Both the position numbers and the translations under genes were made by a program. The notes under the pieces were generated by a model that had not been told where the DNA came from, did not search any database, and was given only the letters and a program-made list of their open reading frames with translations. From assembly GCA_900696625.1 (NCBI GenBank), contig CAADGU010000415.1, positions 3,875 through 67,874 of the forward strand: 64,000 nucleotides of DNA, given 5' to 3'. Source of the stretch: an uncultured Chloroflexota bacterium. Its GTDB lineage: Bacteria > Chloroflexota > Anaerolineae > Promineifilales > Promineifilaceae. Shown piece after piece: positions 52,452 to 60,748 of the stretch. Every line of letters begins with the position of its first letter. Within the stretch, counting starts at the first letter, position 1.

Positions 52452-53518
52452 GTTGGTTTCCTCGTTTTGCTTGTTGGCAGCGGTGGGATGATTCCCTCTC
52501 CCCTGCCCCATTTAATGGCACGATTCACGATTGCCAGGCGATCAGAGTTTTTGCTGCCGAAATACTCGAAGCAGACCCGGTTCATAGACGGCCGTTCACC
52601 ACGCGCAGACATCTCATTCCACAGAGAGCAGATGCCTTCTAACACGGCCGCGTCAATAACCGGCTCAGTGGGCTGCACACTCACGGTGATGACCCCTGGC
52701 GCGGGCGTTGCACCGGTGTTTTGCACTGGTGCTGCACCGGTTACACCGGTTACACCGGTGTTTCGCACCGGTGCTACTCGACTACGCTGCCATTCATGTA
52801 GTGGGGTGGTGCGCACCGGTGCAGGCAAGGCGCGCACCGGTGCGGCCGGGGCGGTGGGGGAGGCCATCCCCGCCTGCGCGAGGATTGTCAGCAGGTGCAT
52901 TTCCAGCAGCCGGTACAGGCGGCGCAAATGGCTGTCATTCGGCCGGACAACAGCGAATAACAGGCCAACGGCCGCCAGGCCAAAAAGGGCCAATGACAAC
53001 CAGGTCAGGCGTATGGCGGCCGTGCGGGCGGCCTGCCAATCGGCAGCGTAGTCGATCACCTGGTGGGGAGCGGGAGGCGTCCAGGTGGGCGCAGGCGTCC
53101 AGGTAGGCAGGGCCGTCCACGTGGGCGGGGGCGTGTAGGTGGGCGCGGCCGTGTGCGTGGCCATCGGCGTGTAGGTGGGCAACGGTGTGTACGTCGCGGG
53201 TGGCATCCATGTAGATGCAGGAACGGCTCCTACCGTCGCTGGGGCAGCCTCAACCGCCAACGCCGGCAGCCTAGTAACAGTGGGCGCCAGCGTCGGAGTA
53301 TTGGACAGCACAAGCCCGGTGGGGCCATAGATGGCGGTGGCTGTGGTGCTCACAGCCAGACCGGGTTGTTGCCCGGCGTTGACAACGGCTAACACGCCTA
53401 CGATGACCACCGCAACCAGGAAAAAAACAACCAGGTTGGAAATCGTCTCCAGCAGGCAGCCTCCGCCTTTTTCTTGTTCCTTAAGTTTCGTTATATCTTC
53501 TTCCGAGAAGTGCTTCAT
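52448..53518 (-). CDS. two-TM protein with PT-rich exterior segment and repeat-containing cytoplasmic tail
   Basis: 356 aa. SD ggagg. 'PTYTPPPTWTALPTWTPAPTWTPP', and APVR/TGVTG repeats encoded by the CACCGGTG cluster. Confidence 0.6.
   Translation of the reverse strand: MKHFSEEDITKLKEQEKGGGCLLETISNLVVFFLVAVVIVGVLAVVNAGQQPGLAVSTTATAIYGPTGLVLSNTPTLAPTVTRLPALAVEAAPATVGAVPASTWMPPATYTPLPTYTPMATHTAAPTYTPPPTWTALPTWTPAPTWTPPAPHQVIDYAADWQAARTAAIRLTWLSLALFGLAAVGLLFAVVRPNDSHLRRLYRLLEMHLLTILAQAGMASPTAPAAPVRALPAPVRTTPLHEWQRSRVAPVRNTGVTGVTGAAPVQNTGATPAPGVITVSVQPTEPVIDAAVLEGICSLWNEMSARGERPSMNRVCFEYFGSKNSDRLAIVNRAIKWGRGEGIIPPLPTSKTRKPT
52711..52842. repeat. cluster of eight CAC(C/T)GGT(G/T) palindromic octamers inside the CDS
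   Basis: Sites at 52711, 52724, 52735, 52744, 52753, 52766, 52814 and 52835, read directly. Confidence 0.8.
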
Positions 53519-53575
53519 GGAACCTCCGCAGTGGCATGAGGGCGTAACCCGGCCGGGTTACGCCCTTTGTCATTA

Positions 53576-54343
53576 TTAAGAGTTACCAGCGCCATCATCG
53601 GCCGCGCCACCTGCGTCTGTGGCGGCCGTGTCTACGGCCACTTTGAGCCGGATGTACAGGCAGCAGGCTTCGCCGTTGGGCACAGTCTGGAATTCGGCGT
53701 CACGCCCCTCTGTGCGCCACCGGGGGCGCAATGTACCCAGGTAAGAGCGCACCCGTTTGGCAGTTGGCGCATCGGCAAACGTGACCCGGATCCATTCACT
53801 GTAGCCATTCTTGCCGATGGGCACGGCCAGCAGGCGGGTGGCCAGCGGCGCGTATTTGGCTTTGCCCACAACGGGCGGCTGTACGCCGATCTCAAATGCC
53901 TGATACAGTTCGTTTTTTGTGGCGTCTTGAATTGCCATGGTTGGTTGTCCTTCATCCGGCCGGGTACCCGGCGCGGACATTGTGACGGCCGTGTGACCGG
54001 CCGTCGCCAGTTGTTTGTAAACATAATGGGGGGGGGCGAATGCGGGCGGAATGCCGTCGCCGACGGCGCAACCGATACAGAGATCACCGACGGCCAGGTT
54101 GACAGTGGGCGCCCAGGGCACGGCCGCTGCTGCCGCCTCACTCGCCGAGGGGAAGATGTGGATAGTGCAGCACCGGCAGCGGGTGAGGCAGGCGTCACAG
54201 ACGGCCGAATTGGGGCGATTGGGCCGGTCAGGGACGCGGCCGCAATGGAGGCAACGAGGTAGGGCCAGGAATGCCTGGTCTACCAGATCGTCTGTTGTTT
54301 CGGCCAACCAACGGCCGTCTAGCGTATTTGTGATTGCGCTCAT
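53576..54343 (-). CDS. hypothetical Cys-rich protein
   Basis: 255 aa. The N-terminal half has several CxxC pairs (CLHCG, CDAC, CRCC, CIGC). Confidence 0.55.
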   Translation of the reverse strand: MSAITNTLDGRWLAETTDDLVDQAFLALPRCLHCGRVPDRPNRPNSAVCDACLTRCRCCTIHIFPSASEAAAAAVPWAPTVNLAVGDLCIGCAVGDGIPPAFAPPHYVYKQLATAGHTAVTMSAPGTRPDEGQPTMAIQDATKNELYQAFEIGVQPPVVGKAKYAPLATRLLAVPIGKNGYSEWIRVTFADAPTAKRVRSYLGTLRPRWRTEGRDAEFQTVPNGEACCLYIRLKVAVDTAATDAGGAADDGAGNS

Positions 54344-54374
54344 ATCGCACCTTTGTTTGTGTTACAATGGGGGT

Positions 54375-54449
54375 CTGCTCCGAGCTGGCCCAATGGCCTG
54401 CTTGACCGGCCTGGCCGCCACCCCCGTGAACGGCCAGGCCGGTTTTTTT
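54375..54449 (+). ncRNA. candidate small RNA, about 75 nt, antisense to the leftward operon (prediction only)
   Basis: Extended -10 TGTTACAAT at 54360-54368 on the plus strand. Plus-strand-specific intrinsic terminator ccggcctggccg (54406-54417) / cggccaggccgg (54431-54442) followed by 7 T. Confidence 0.3.
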
Positions 54450-54450
54450 G

Positions 54451-55230
54451 TCAATCCATAGACAACTCCTTTGCCGGGGACGGGCTGGGGGAACCACACC
54501 ACCGGCGATTCAATTCACCTATATCTCGTTCCAGGGCAGCCAGCCTGTCGCGGGCTGCATCCAGAATTCGCACACTCTCTTGCCAGGCTTGCCAGTTTTG
54601 CATGGCCGTCAGCACGGCTTCCTGGTCGGCCAGGTTGCCGCCCACATAGGCCCGTAGGCGCTGCGCGGGGTCGGCGTGACGGCCGTGTAGGGGACATTCC
54701 TGCCCGGCCGTGTGGATGGCATATAAGTAGCGGTCGCTGCGCCAGTGTTCGCGGCCGTTGCAGCACGGCCGGGAGCGAGCATTGGCCTCGGCGCGGGTGG
54801 CGTGCTGCACGGCGGCCGATAGCCGGGCCAGCGTCTCGGTGATACTGGCCAGTCGTTCGGCCGTCTGCATGGAAACAAGCTGGTTATCCAGCCGATACTC
54901 GGCGGCCGGATCCGGCCTTTCGCGGGTACTCTTTTGCCGCTCCTGGTCAAGCACATTGGCAATGGCCTGGTACACGTCGCGGGGGCGGTGGCGGGCGGGC
55001 AGGGCGGCCGTGAGCCGGGGCCAATTGGCTGAGCGTTGGCGTAGCTCGTGCATCTTTTCCAGGATGAGCAGCCAGCCGCCTTTATCGTATTGCCGCAACC
55101 AGGCGTAGAGGCCGGCTTCCAGGTCACGCACGGTGGCCAAATTGGTGTCACCGGCGGCGGCGGTCGCGGCGCCTGGTGTCACCAATTCACCCGTCTGATT
55201 GATTGGCTCTGTACCAGGTAAGAATCCCAT
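54451..55230 (-). CDS. hypothetical protein
   Basis: ATG 55230 lies 6 nt after aaggag. 259 aa. Confidence 0.55.
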   Translation of the reverse strand: MGFLPGTEPINQTGELVTPGAATAAAGDTNLATVRDLEAGLYAWLRQYDKGGWLLILEKMHELRQRSANWPRLTAALPARHRPRDVYQAIANVLDQERQKSTRERPDPAAEYRLDNQLVSMQTAERLASITETLARLSAAVQHATRAEANARSRPCCNGREHWRSDRYLYAIHTAGQECPLHGRHADPAQRLRAYVGGNLADQEAVLTAMQNWQAWQESVRILDAARDRLAALERDIGELNRRWCGSPSPSPAKELSMD

Positions 55231-55240
55231 AACCTGCTCC

Positions 55241-55558
55241 TTATACCGGGGCGACATGGCCGTCTTCCGGCTCGGCCGCGCCACGCACCGCCTCACACAA
55301 TAACCCTAGCCACTCTTCAGCTACGGCCGCCTCAGCGCCACTGGTGGCGCAAAGGGCGCGGATGAGCATTCGATGGCTGGGCCGCTCCTGCCGCGGTAGG
55401 GCATCACCGGCCAGCGCCTCGTATTGCAAGGCGGTGACGGCGTTGCCCAGGGCGTGGCGGTTGACGCTGTAAATGTCAGCCGCGGCCGTGACCGTGTCTT
55501 GCCAGTGACGGACCCGGCCGCTTTCAAAAATGACAATGACGTGGCTGATGCTGTCCAT
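55241..55558 (-). CDS. hypothetical protein
   Basis: 105 aa. SD aaggga. Confidence 0.55.
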   Translation of the reverse strand: MDSISHVIVIFESGRVRHWQDTVTAAADIYSVNRHALGNAVTALQYEALAGDALPRQERPSHRMLIRALCATSGAEAAVAEEWLGLLCEAVRGAAEPEDGHVAPV

Positions 55559-55570
55559 AATGCCAATCCC

Positions 55571-56482
55571 TTAGCGTTTGATAGGCAGGTCGGTGCAATC
55601 CAGGCACCGGCCGTTAATCGTGGTTTCGCCTTCATCCAGGATGCGGCCGCATCCAGCACAGACGCCCGTTTGCCCCAATAGCTGCGGCGGGTAGACGCCC
55701 GCCTCCAGCTTGCTGCGCAGGAACCCGGCCGGGTTGCGGATCTGCTTCTCTTTGGCCTTGATTTCGGCCAGCCAGCCAGTGATGACAGATTCCATGTCGT
55801 CGCCAAAGGTCTGCCGCGCCTTATGCACCAGGTAGGAGGCGCTGCGGCGGTCTATGCCCAGGTAGCCCAGGCGGGAGATGAGGGACGGGCTGCCGTTGCC
55901 ATTGCCATTGCTGTGTGTATCGCCATCCCCTTCTTCATCGTCCGGGTAGGCAGGGGTGGGGGCGGCGGCGCGTGATTCGTGGTAGAGGGCGAGCAGCCGC
56001 CGCTTGAGCGATTCGCCAATCTCATAGCCGTTTTCGATGGCGGCCCCAATCTCCTGCAACAGGTTGGCAATCTCGGCCGCACGGGCGCGGCGGGCCTGCT
56101 CTTCTTGCTCGTAGAGGTGCAGAGCGGCGTCCAGCAGGGGGGTGAAGTCGTAGTCGTTTTCGGCCTGCCCACGTTCGTCATATCGCTTGCTGAGAGTAAG
56201 CAGGTCTATCTCTTCCAGGTATGAGATGTACTGGCGCAGCACACGGGGATCTGTCTGCATCCATTCGGCGATCTGCGATTGGGAGGCTTCATCCCCATTC
56301 AGGTAGGTGGAGAAAATCTCCAGCACAAAGACCAGGTGCTGGTGGCGCAGGCCCAACGGCCGGTAATGGTGCAGCAGCGCCAGGGGCACGGGCATCGTCC
56401 AGCGGAACGCCGGGTGAAAGGGCAGGCTAAATTTGAAACGTTCGTCTGGGGCGGGATCGCCGGTGGGCGGGTCATCAATCAT
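55571..56482 (-). CDS. winged-helix DNA-binding protein, possible replication initiator/organiser (first leftward gene)
   Basis: 303 aa. 'SQSQIAEWMQTDPRVLRQYISYLEEIDLL' is wHTH-like. 'IRNPAGFLRSKLEAG' is a motif I associate with DnaD/replication-organiser-type proteins. C-terminal CxxC..CxxC. Confidence 0.4.
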   Translation of the reverse strand: MIDDPPTGDPAPDERFKFSLPFHPAFRWTMPVPLALLHHYRPLGLRHQHLVFVLEIFSTYLNGDEASQSQIAEWMQTDPRVLRQYISYLEEIDLLTLSKRYDERGQAENDYDFTPLLDAALHLYEQEEQARRARAAEIANLLQEIGAAIENGYEIGESLKRRLLALYHESRAAAPTPAYPDDEEGDGDTHSNGNGNGSPSLISRLGYLGIDRRSASYLVHKARQTFGDDMESVITGWLAEIKAKEKQIRNPAGFLRSKLEAGVYPPQLLGQTGVCAGCGRILDEGETTINGRCLDCTDLPIKR

Positions 56483-56575
56483 GTGATTTCTCCATCTGGT
56501 TGCGGGTTGATAAAGCTGGTTGATAAAATCGGCCGTTTGCGGTTCTTACGGCCGTGTGAAATAAGGAGGTGTACA

Positions 56576-57658
56576 TTGTCAGGTGTTTTGAGGCCCAAAC
56601 GCCCCACGCGGGCGGGGCAGAAGGTGGCGGTGTTTTTGGCTGCGGATTATGAAAAGGGCAGCTACTTTGCGGCGTTGCAAAAGTTTCTGGAAAAGCAACA
56701 GGCGCGGGGGCTGTCGGTCTATACGGTGGCCCGACTGTATTACAGTCTGTACCCCATTGGCGTGGCGGCGGAGAATGCGCCGCTGACGGCTTTGTCGCCG
56801 GAGTGGCTGCGGGAATATCTGGACGATCTGTGGCGGACCCACGCGCCGGAGACGCTGCGCACACACACGGCCGATGCCCGCCAGTTCTTTAAGTGGTGCA
56901 AGAAAAAGGGGCATCACCCGTTAAACATCGCCAGAGGTATCCGGCCTGTGCGCTACCGGCCGCAACGGCGGCGGCGGGTCACGGCGGCGCCGGAAGCGGA
57001 TGTACGGCAGGTGATGGCGCATCTGGCGGGGCTGCTGCGGGCGTCTGACCTGGTGTACCGCGACCTGTTCCGCACGCTGCAAGCGGCGGAGACGGGGTGG
57101 ACGGAGGAGACGGTGCGGGCGCTGCGCGACCTGCTGATCCTGGCCTTCTTGTACGAGACCGGGGCGCGGGTGGGGGAGTTGTCCCGATTGGGGTCGGCGG
57201 CGATGGATGAGGCAATACGGCAGCCCCAGAGTGTTTACCAGGTGACGGTGGTGGGCAAGACTAACGACCGCGAGCGGTATTTCACCACGTACACGGCCGA
57301 ATTGTGGCGTCTCTGGCAGCAGGTACGGCCGGCGCCGGCGCGGGAGTTTGCGGTGGTGGGGTGGCGCGGCGGCCGGGAAGCGGATGCGGAGCAGATGCGC
57401 ACCAATGGCGTCAGCCAGATGTTGGAGCGGCGCTGCATTCAGGCCGGGGTACGGCCGTTTCGGGCGCAGTCCTTACGCCACGCCAAAGTGAAGCGCAGCC
57501 GGCAGCAGGTGGGCATGGAGTTGGCGGCGGTGCTGATTGACCACAGCACCATCCGCTCTACCTGGAACTACGTCAACATAGATGACGATGAGATTAGCCA
57601 GGCGGTGGTGGCCACGGGGCTGCAAACCGACCTGTGGGTGGGGCAAGGAGGGGAATAG
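56576..57658 (+). CDS. int: tyrosine integrase adjacent to attR
   Basis: TTG 56576 lies 6 nt after aaggagg. 'GARVGEL', 'RAQSLRHAKVKR', 'LIDHSTIRSTWNYV' contain R..HxxR..H..Y residues. Ends 60 nt before attR. Confidence 0.85.
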   Translation: MSGVLRPKRPTRAGQKVAVFLAADYEKGSYFAALQKFLEKQQARGLSVYTVARLYYSLYPIGVAAENAPLTALSPEWLREYLDDLWRTHAPETLRTHTADARQFFKWCKKKGHHPLNIARGIRPVRYRPQRRRRVTAAPEADVRQVMAHLAGLLRASDLVYRDLFRTLQAAETGWTEETVRALRDLLILAFLYETGARVGELSRLGSAAMDEAIRQPQSVYQVTVVGKTNDRERYFTTYTAELWRLWQQVRPAPAREFAVVGWRGGREADAEQMRTNGVSQMLERRCIQAGVRPFRAQSLRHAKVKRSRQQVGMELAAVLIDHSTIRSTWNYVNIDDDEISQAVVATGLQTDLWVGQGGE

Positions 57659-57717
57659 ACAAAGAAGTTATACTAACAAACGAGCGCAGATTTGCGGACA
57701 GGTGGGGCGTTAGAGGC

Positions 57718-57759
57718 TTGACATCGTAGAGGTCACAAGTTCAAGTCTTGTACCGCCCA
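57718..57759. repeat. attR core (displaced 3' part of tRNA-Val; not a functional tRNA)
   Basis: Identical to 14725-14766. The upstream sequence does not supply the 5' half of a tRNA. Confidence 0.9.
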
Positions 57760-57773
57760 TCGGCAAAGAAAAA

Positions 57774-57799
57774 GCCACCGGTCAACCGGTGGCTTTTTT
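57774..57799 (+). terminator. intrinsic terminator (native tRNA-Val terminator)
   Basis: gccaccgg (57774-57781), loop tcaa, ccggtggc (57786-57793), then tttttt. Confidence 0.75.
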
Positions 57800-57882
57800 G
57801 CTTGAACGCTGCCCCCAGCAGTTAAACACCTCATGCCAGAGGTGGCGCGTTTTTCATACCGTTTGATCCGTTCTGATTCTGG

Positions 57883-59823
57883 CTACCCCGGCAAATTTTC
57901 AATCTCTACCGGCTTCACCGGGTCAGCCAGGGTAAAACCAAACACCCGGCTGTAAAAATAAAGTTCACTATCCAGCGCCCGTTTGATGTTATCGGCGCGG
58001 CGGAAGCCGTGCTGCTCCCCGGCAAAGGGTACATAAGCTACCGGCAGCCCCTTCGCTTTGACCGCCGCAAACATCATCTCCGCCTGGTTGGGTGGCACCA
58101 CCAAATCTTCCAAGCCCTGGAATAAAATGAGGGCGCAGTTGATCCGGTCAATAAAGTGAATGGGCGACCGCTGCACATAAATCTCTTTGCCCTCCGGGTA
58201 AGGGGCGATGAGGGTGTCCAGGTAACGGGATTCAAATTTGTGGGTTTCCACGGCCATCGCTTCCAGGTCGCTGATGCCGTAATGGCTGGCCCCGGCGGTA
58301 AACGTATCGTCAAAGGTGATGGCACAGAGGGTGGTGTAACCGCCGGCGCTGCCGCCACGAATGGCTAAGCGGCGTTCGTCGGCCAATCCTTGCGCCACCA
58401 GATAACGGGCGGCATTGGCGCAATCTTGCACATCCACCACACCCCAGGTTCCGTTCAGGCGCTGGCGGTATGCACGGCCGTAACCCGTGCTGCCTCCATA
58501 ATTCACATCCACCACCGCAAAACCCCGGCTGGTAAAGTATTGAATGCCCAGATTCAGCGTGGCATTGGCGGCGCTGGTAGGGCCGCCGTGGCTCAGCGTC
58601 AGCAGCGGCGGCTTATCGCCAGCGGGCGCGGTGAAATCCCGGTTCTGCGGCGGGTAATAAATGGCGTGCGCCGTCAGGCCGTTGGCGGTGGGGAATTCAA
58701 TGGCTTGTGGCGTAGACAGATACGCGGCGTCTACGGTCAACTGGGTAGATTGCTTGAGTACCTGCCACTGCCCGGTATGCAAGTCTAACCGGATGATGGA
58801 CGACGGCCGTGTGGCCGCCCCACCGGAAAAGGCGACAAATCCCGGCCCCACCTGCACCGAGCCAATGGAAGTAAAGGGCAAGTCAAAATCTGTCAGTTGG
58901 CCGCTGTTCACATCCAGCCGCGCCAGCCGCCACACCCCATTTTGGGTATAGGCGCAAATGATGGTGTGGGCGTCGGCAAACCCATAGGTGGACATGCGGA
59001 AAACCCACTGCGGCAGGCCAAATTCGGCATCCATGGGGCAAATGGCTTCCACCTGCCCCCCGCGCCAGCGGTACAAATTCCACCAATTGCTGCGGTCAGA
59101 CACAAAGTACAATGTGCCATCCGGCGACCAGCGAGGCTGGAAGACGGATTCATCTGGGCCACCGGCAATCAGGGCGAGATTGTGTACGGCCGTGCCTGTT
59201 TCATCCAGTTCCGCCAGCCATAGTTCCGTGCCATCCCAGGGCATGTTAGGGTGCCGCCACGTCAGCCAGGCCAGTTGACGGCCGTCGGGGCTGAGGCTGG
59301 GCGACGCATAAAAATCATTGCCCGCCGCCAGCGTCTCGCCAATTTCATTACTGCCATCCAGGTTCAGGCTCACCAACGAATTAACCGCTTCCTCGCCCTG
59401 CGTCAGGTGCGCCTCGCGGATGCAGACCATGCGCCCGCGGCGGGCGTCTACCACGCCATCAGCAAAACAGAGCTTTTCATTGGCCGTCAACGGTTCTGGT
59501 TCGGCGTAGGGATATTGCACATACACGCGCTGGTCCACAAAATTGCTGAAGTAAACGGCCTCATCATGGATGGTAAATGAGCCGCCGCCATATTCGTGAA
59601 CACGGGTGCGCACGTTAAAACCGGCGGCGCTCATCTCTTCAATGCCGCCGGTTGGCGTCCACTTCACCAGGGCGTTACGGCCGTTTTCTGAGGGCCGCAT
59701 TTCCAGCCAATAAATCGCTTCACCATCTAATTGAATTTCACCCAGTCCAATCGAACCAGCCACGATTAAACTAGAGGTAATCGGAGATTTCCACGAACCA
59801 TAAGGAGCAATTTCACCATTCAT
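57883..59823 (-). CDS. S9-family serine peptidase (prolyl oligopeptidase / acylaminoacyl-peptidase type)
   Basis: Beta-propeller N-domain, 'IRGGSAGGYTT' nucleophile motif, and a C-terminal Asp/His region. ATG 59823 (MNGEIAPYGSWKSP) is preferred over 59946. Confidence 0.85.
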   Translation of the reverse strand: MNGEIAPYGSWKSPITSSLIVAGSIGLGEIQLDGEAIYWLEMRPSENGRNALVKWTPTGGIEEMSAAGFNVRTRVHEYGGGSFTIHDEAVYFSNFVDQRVYVQYPYAEPEPLTANEKLCFADGVVDARRGRMVCIREAHLTQGEEAVNSLVSLNLDGSNEIGETLAAGNDFYASPSLSPDGRQLAWLTWRHPNMPWDGTELWLAELDETGTAVHNLALIAGGPDESVFQPRWSPDGTLYFVSDRSNWWNLYRWRGGQVEAICPMDAEFGLPQWVFRMSTYGFADAHTIICAYTQNGVWRLARLDVNSGQLTDFDLPFTSIGSVQVGPGFVAFSGGAATRPSSIIRLDLHTGQWQVLKQSTQLTVDAAYLSTPQAIEFPTANGLTAHAIYYPPQNRDFTAPAGDKPPLLTLSHGGPTSAANATLNLGIQYFTSRGFAVVDVNYGGSTGYGRAYRQRLNGTWGVVDVQDCANAARYLVAQGLADERRLAIRGGSAGGYTTLCAITFDDTFTAGASHYGISDLEAMAVETHKFESRYLDTLIAPYPEGKEIYVQRSPIHFIDRINCALILFQGLEDLVVPPNQAEMMFAAVKAKGLPVAYVPFAGEQHGFRRADNIKRALDSELYFYSRVFGFTLADPVKPVEIENLPG

Positions 59824-59997
59824 AGGTCTAAATGATAATCGGCATTGGGCATTTCGCCAACAGTAGGGCAAGGCAAGTGGGCATAATCTTGTCTGGCGAG
59901 ACAAATCTACCTTTACCCTTACAATCGTGATACCTGTCACTTGCACACTTGCCTACTTTATCTTTATACTCCTGTAACGTCGTCACAGGAGGAATGG

Positions 59998-60672
59998 ATG
60001 AACGACTTCACTTTAAGCCCCCCACCGATGCCAACACCGGGCAGCGCCGCCTATGTGGTGGTAGAGCGGGGACCAGCACCAGACACACGATATGACATCA
60101 CGGCCGTTACCAACACCATCGGCCGTTCTCCCCAAAACGAGATTGTGATCAATGACCCGGAGATGTCACGGCGGCACGCCCAGATTGTGCAGCAGGGCGA
60201 CCATTTTGTCGTGTCTGACCTGGGCAGCACCAACGGCACCTTTGTCAACGGCCAACGCTGCACCGGGGCTACCTCCTTGCGTCATGGCGACCGGATCGAG
60301 TTTGGTGATACCGTCAGTCTGCTTTTTTACCAGACGGCCGTGCCCTACCAGACCATGCCCTCCCCCCCGGTTCACCTGGAAGACGAAGACACGGCCGATC
60401 TGCCGCCGGTGAAACCACCACCCCGGCCCCCCGTCGCCGTCCCTTATGCCCAAGACCAGTATCTGCCCGCCGACGCGGAACAACCGGCCGGCCGCAGCAA
60501 CCGGCTGGCGCTAGGTTGTGTGCTGGCGCTGGTGCTGCTCACCTGCTGCTGCGGCATCATGCTCGTGGTGTTAGACAGTTACCAACAGGGGCAATACCTG
60601 TACTGTGGCGGTTTACGGCCGTTGTGGGAATTGGTGTTAGGGCCTCTGGGGTTTAATCCGTTGTGCCCGTAA
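59998..60672 (+). CDS. FHA-domain protein with C-terminal TM segment
   Basis: 'TIGRSPQNEIVINDPEMSRRHAQIV..VSDLGSTNGTFVNG' is an FHA pattern. ATG 59998 follows caggagga. Confidence 0.8.
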   Translation: MNDFTLSPPPMPTPGSAAYVVVERGPAPDTRYDITAVTNTIGRSPQNEIVINDPEMSRRHAQIVQQGDHFVVSDLGSTNGTFVNGQRCTGATSLRHGDRIEFGDTVSLLFYQTAVPYQTMPSPPVHLEDEDTADLPPVKPPPRPPVAVPYAQDQYLPADAEQPAGRSNRLALGCVLALVLLTCCCGIMLVVLDSYQQGQYLYCGGLRPLWELVLGPLGFNPLCP

Positions 60673-60748
60673 GCCGTGATCGGCTTACGGCTTTCGGCTT
60701 ACGTCTTGTTTTTTTATCACACCTTTGTTGTGAAAAAGGAGAATAAAA

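Noticed and set aside
52119-54262. Plus-strand ORFs of 310 aa (52119-53051) and 231 aa (53567-54262)
   Set aside because: They are antisense to minus-strand genes that have strong SD sites and ATGA coupling. Their products are Arg/Gly-rich and low in complexity.
57718-57759. A second tRNA-Val gene
   Set aside because: Only the 3' 42 nt (from the anticodon loop to the discriminator) are present, and the upstream sequence cannot form the acceptor and D arms. It is the displaced attR half.
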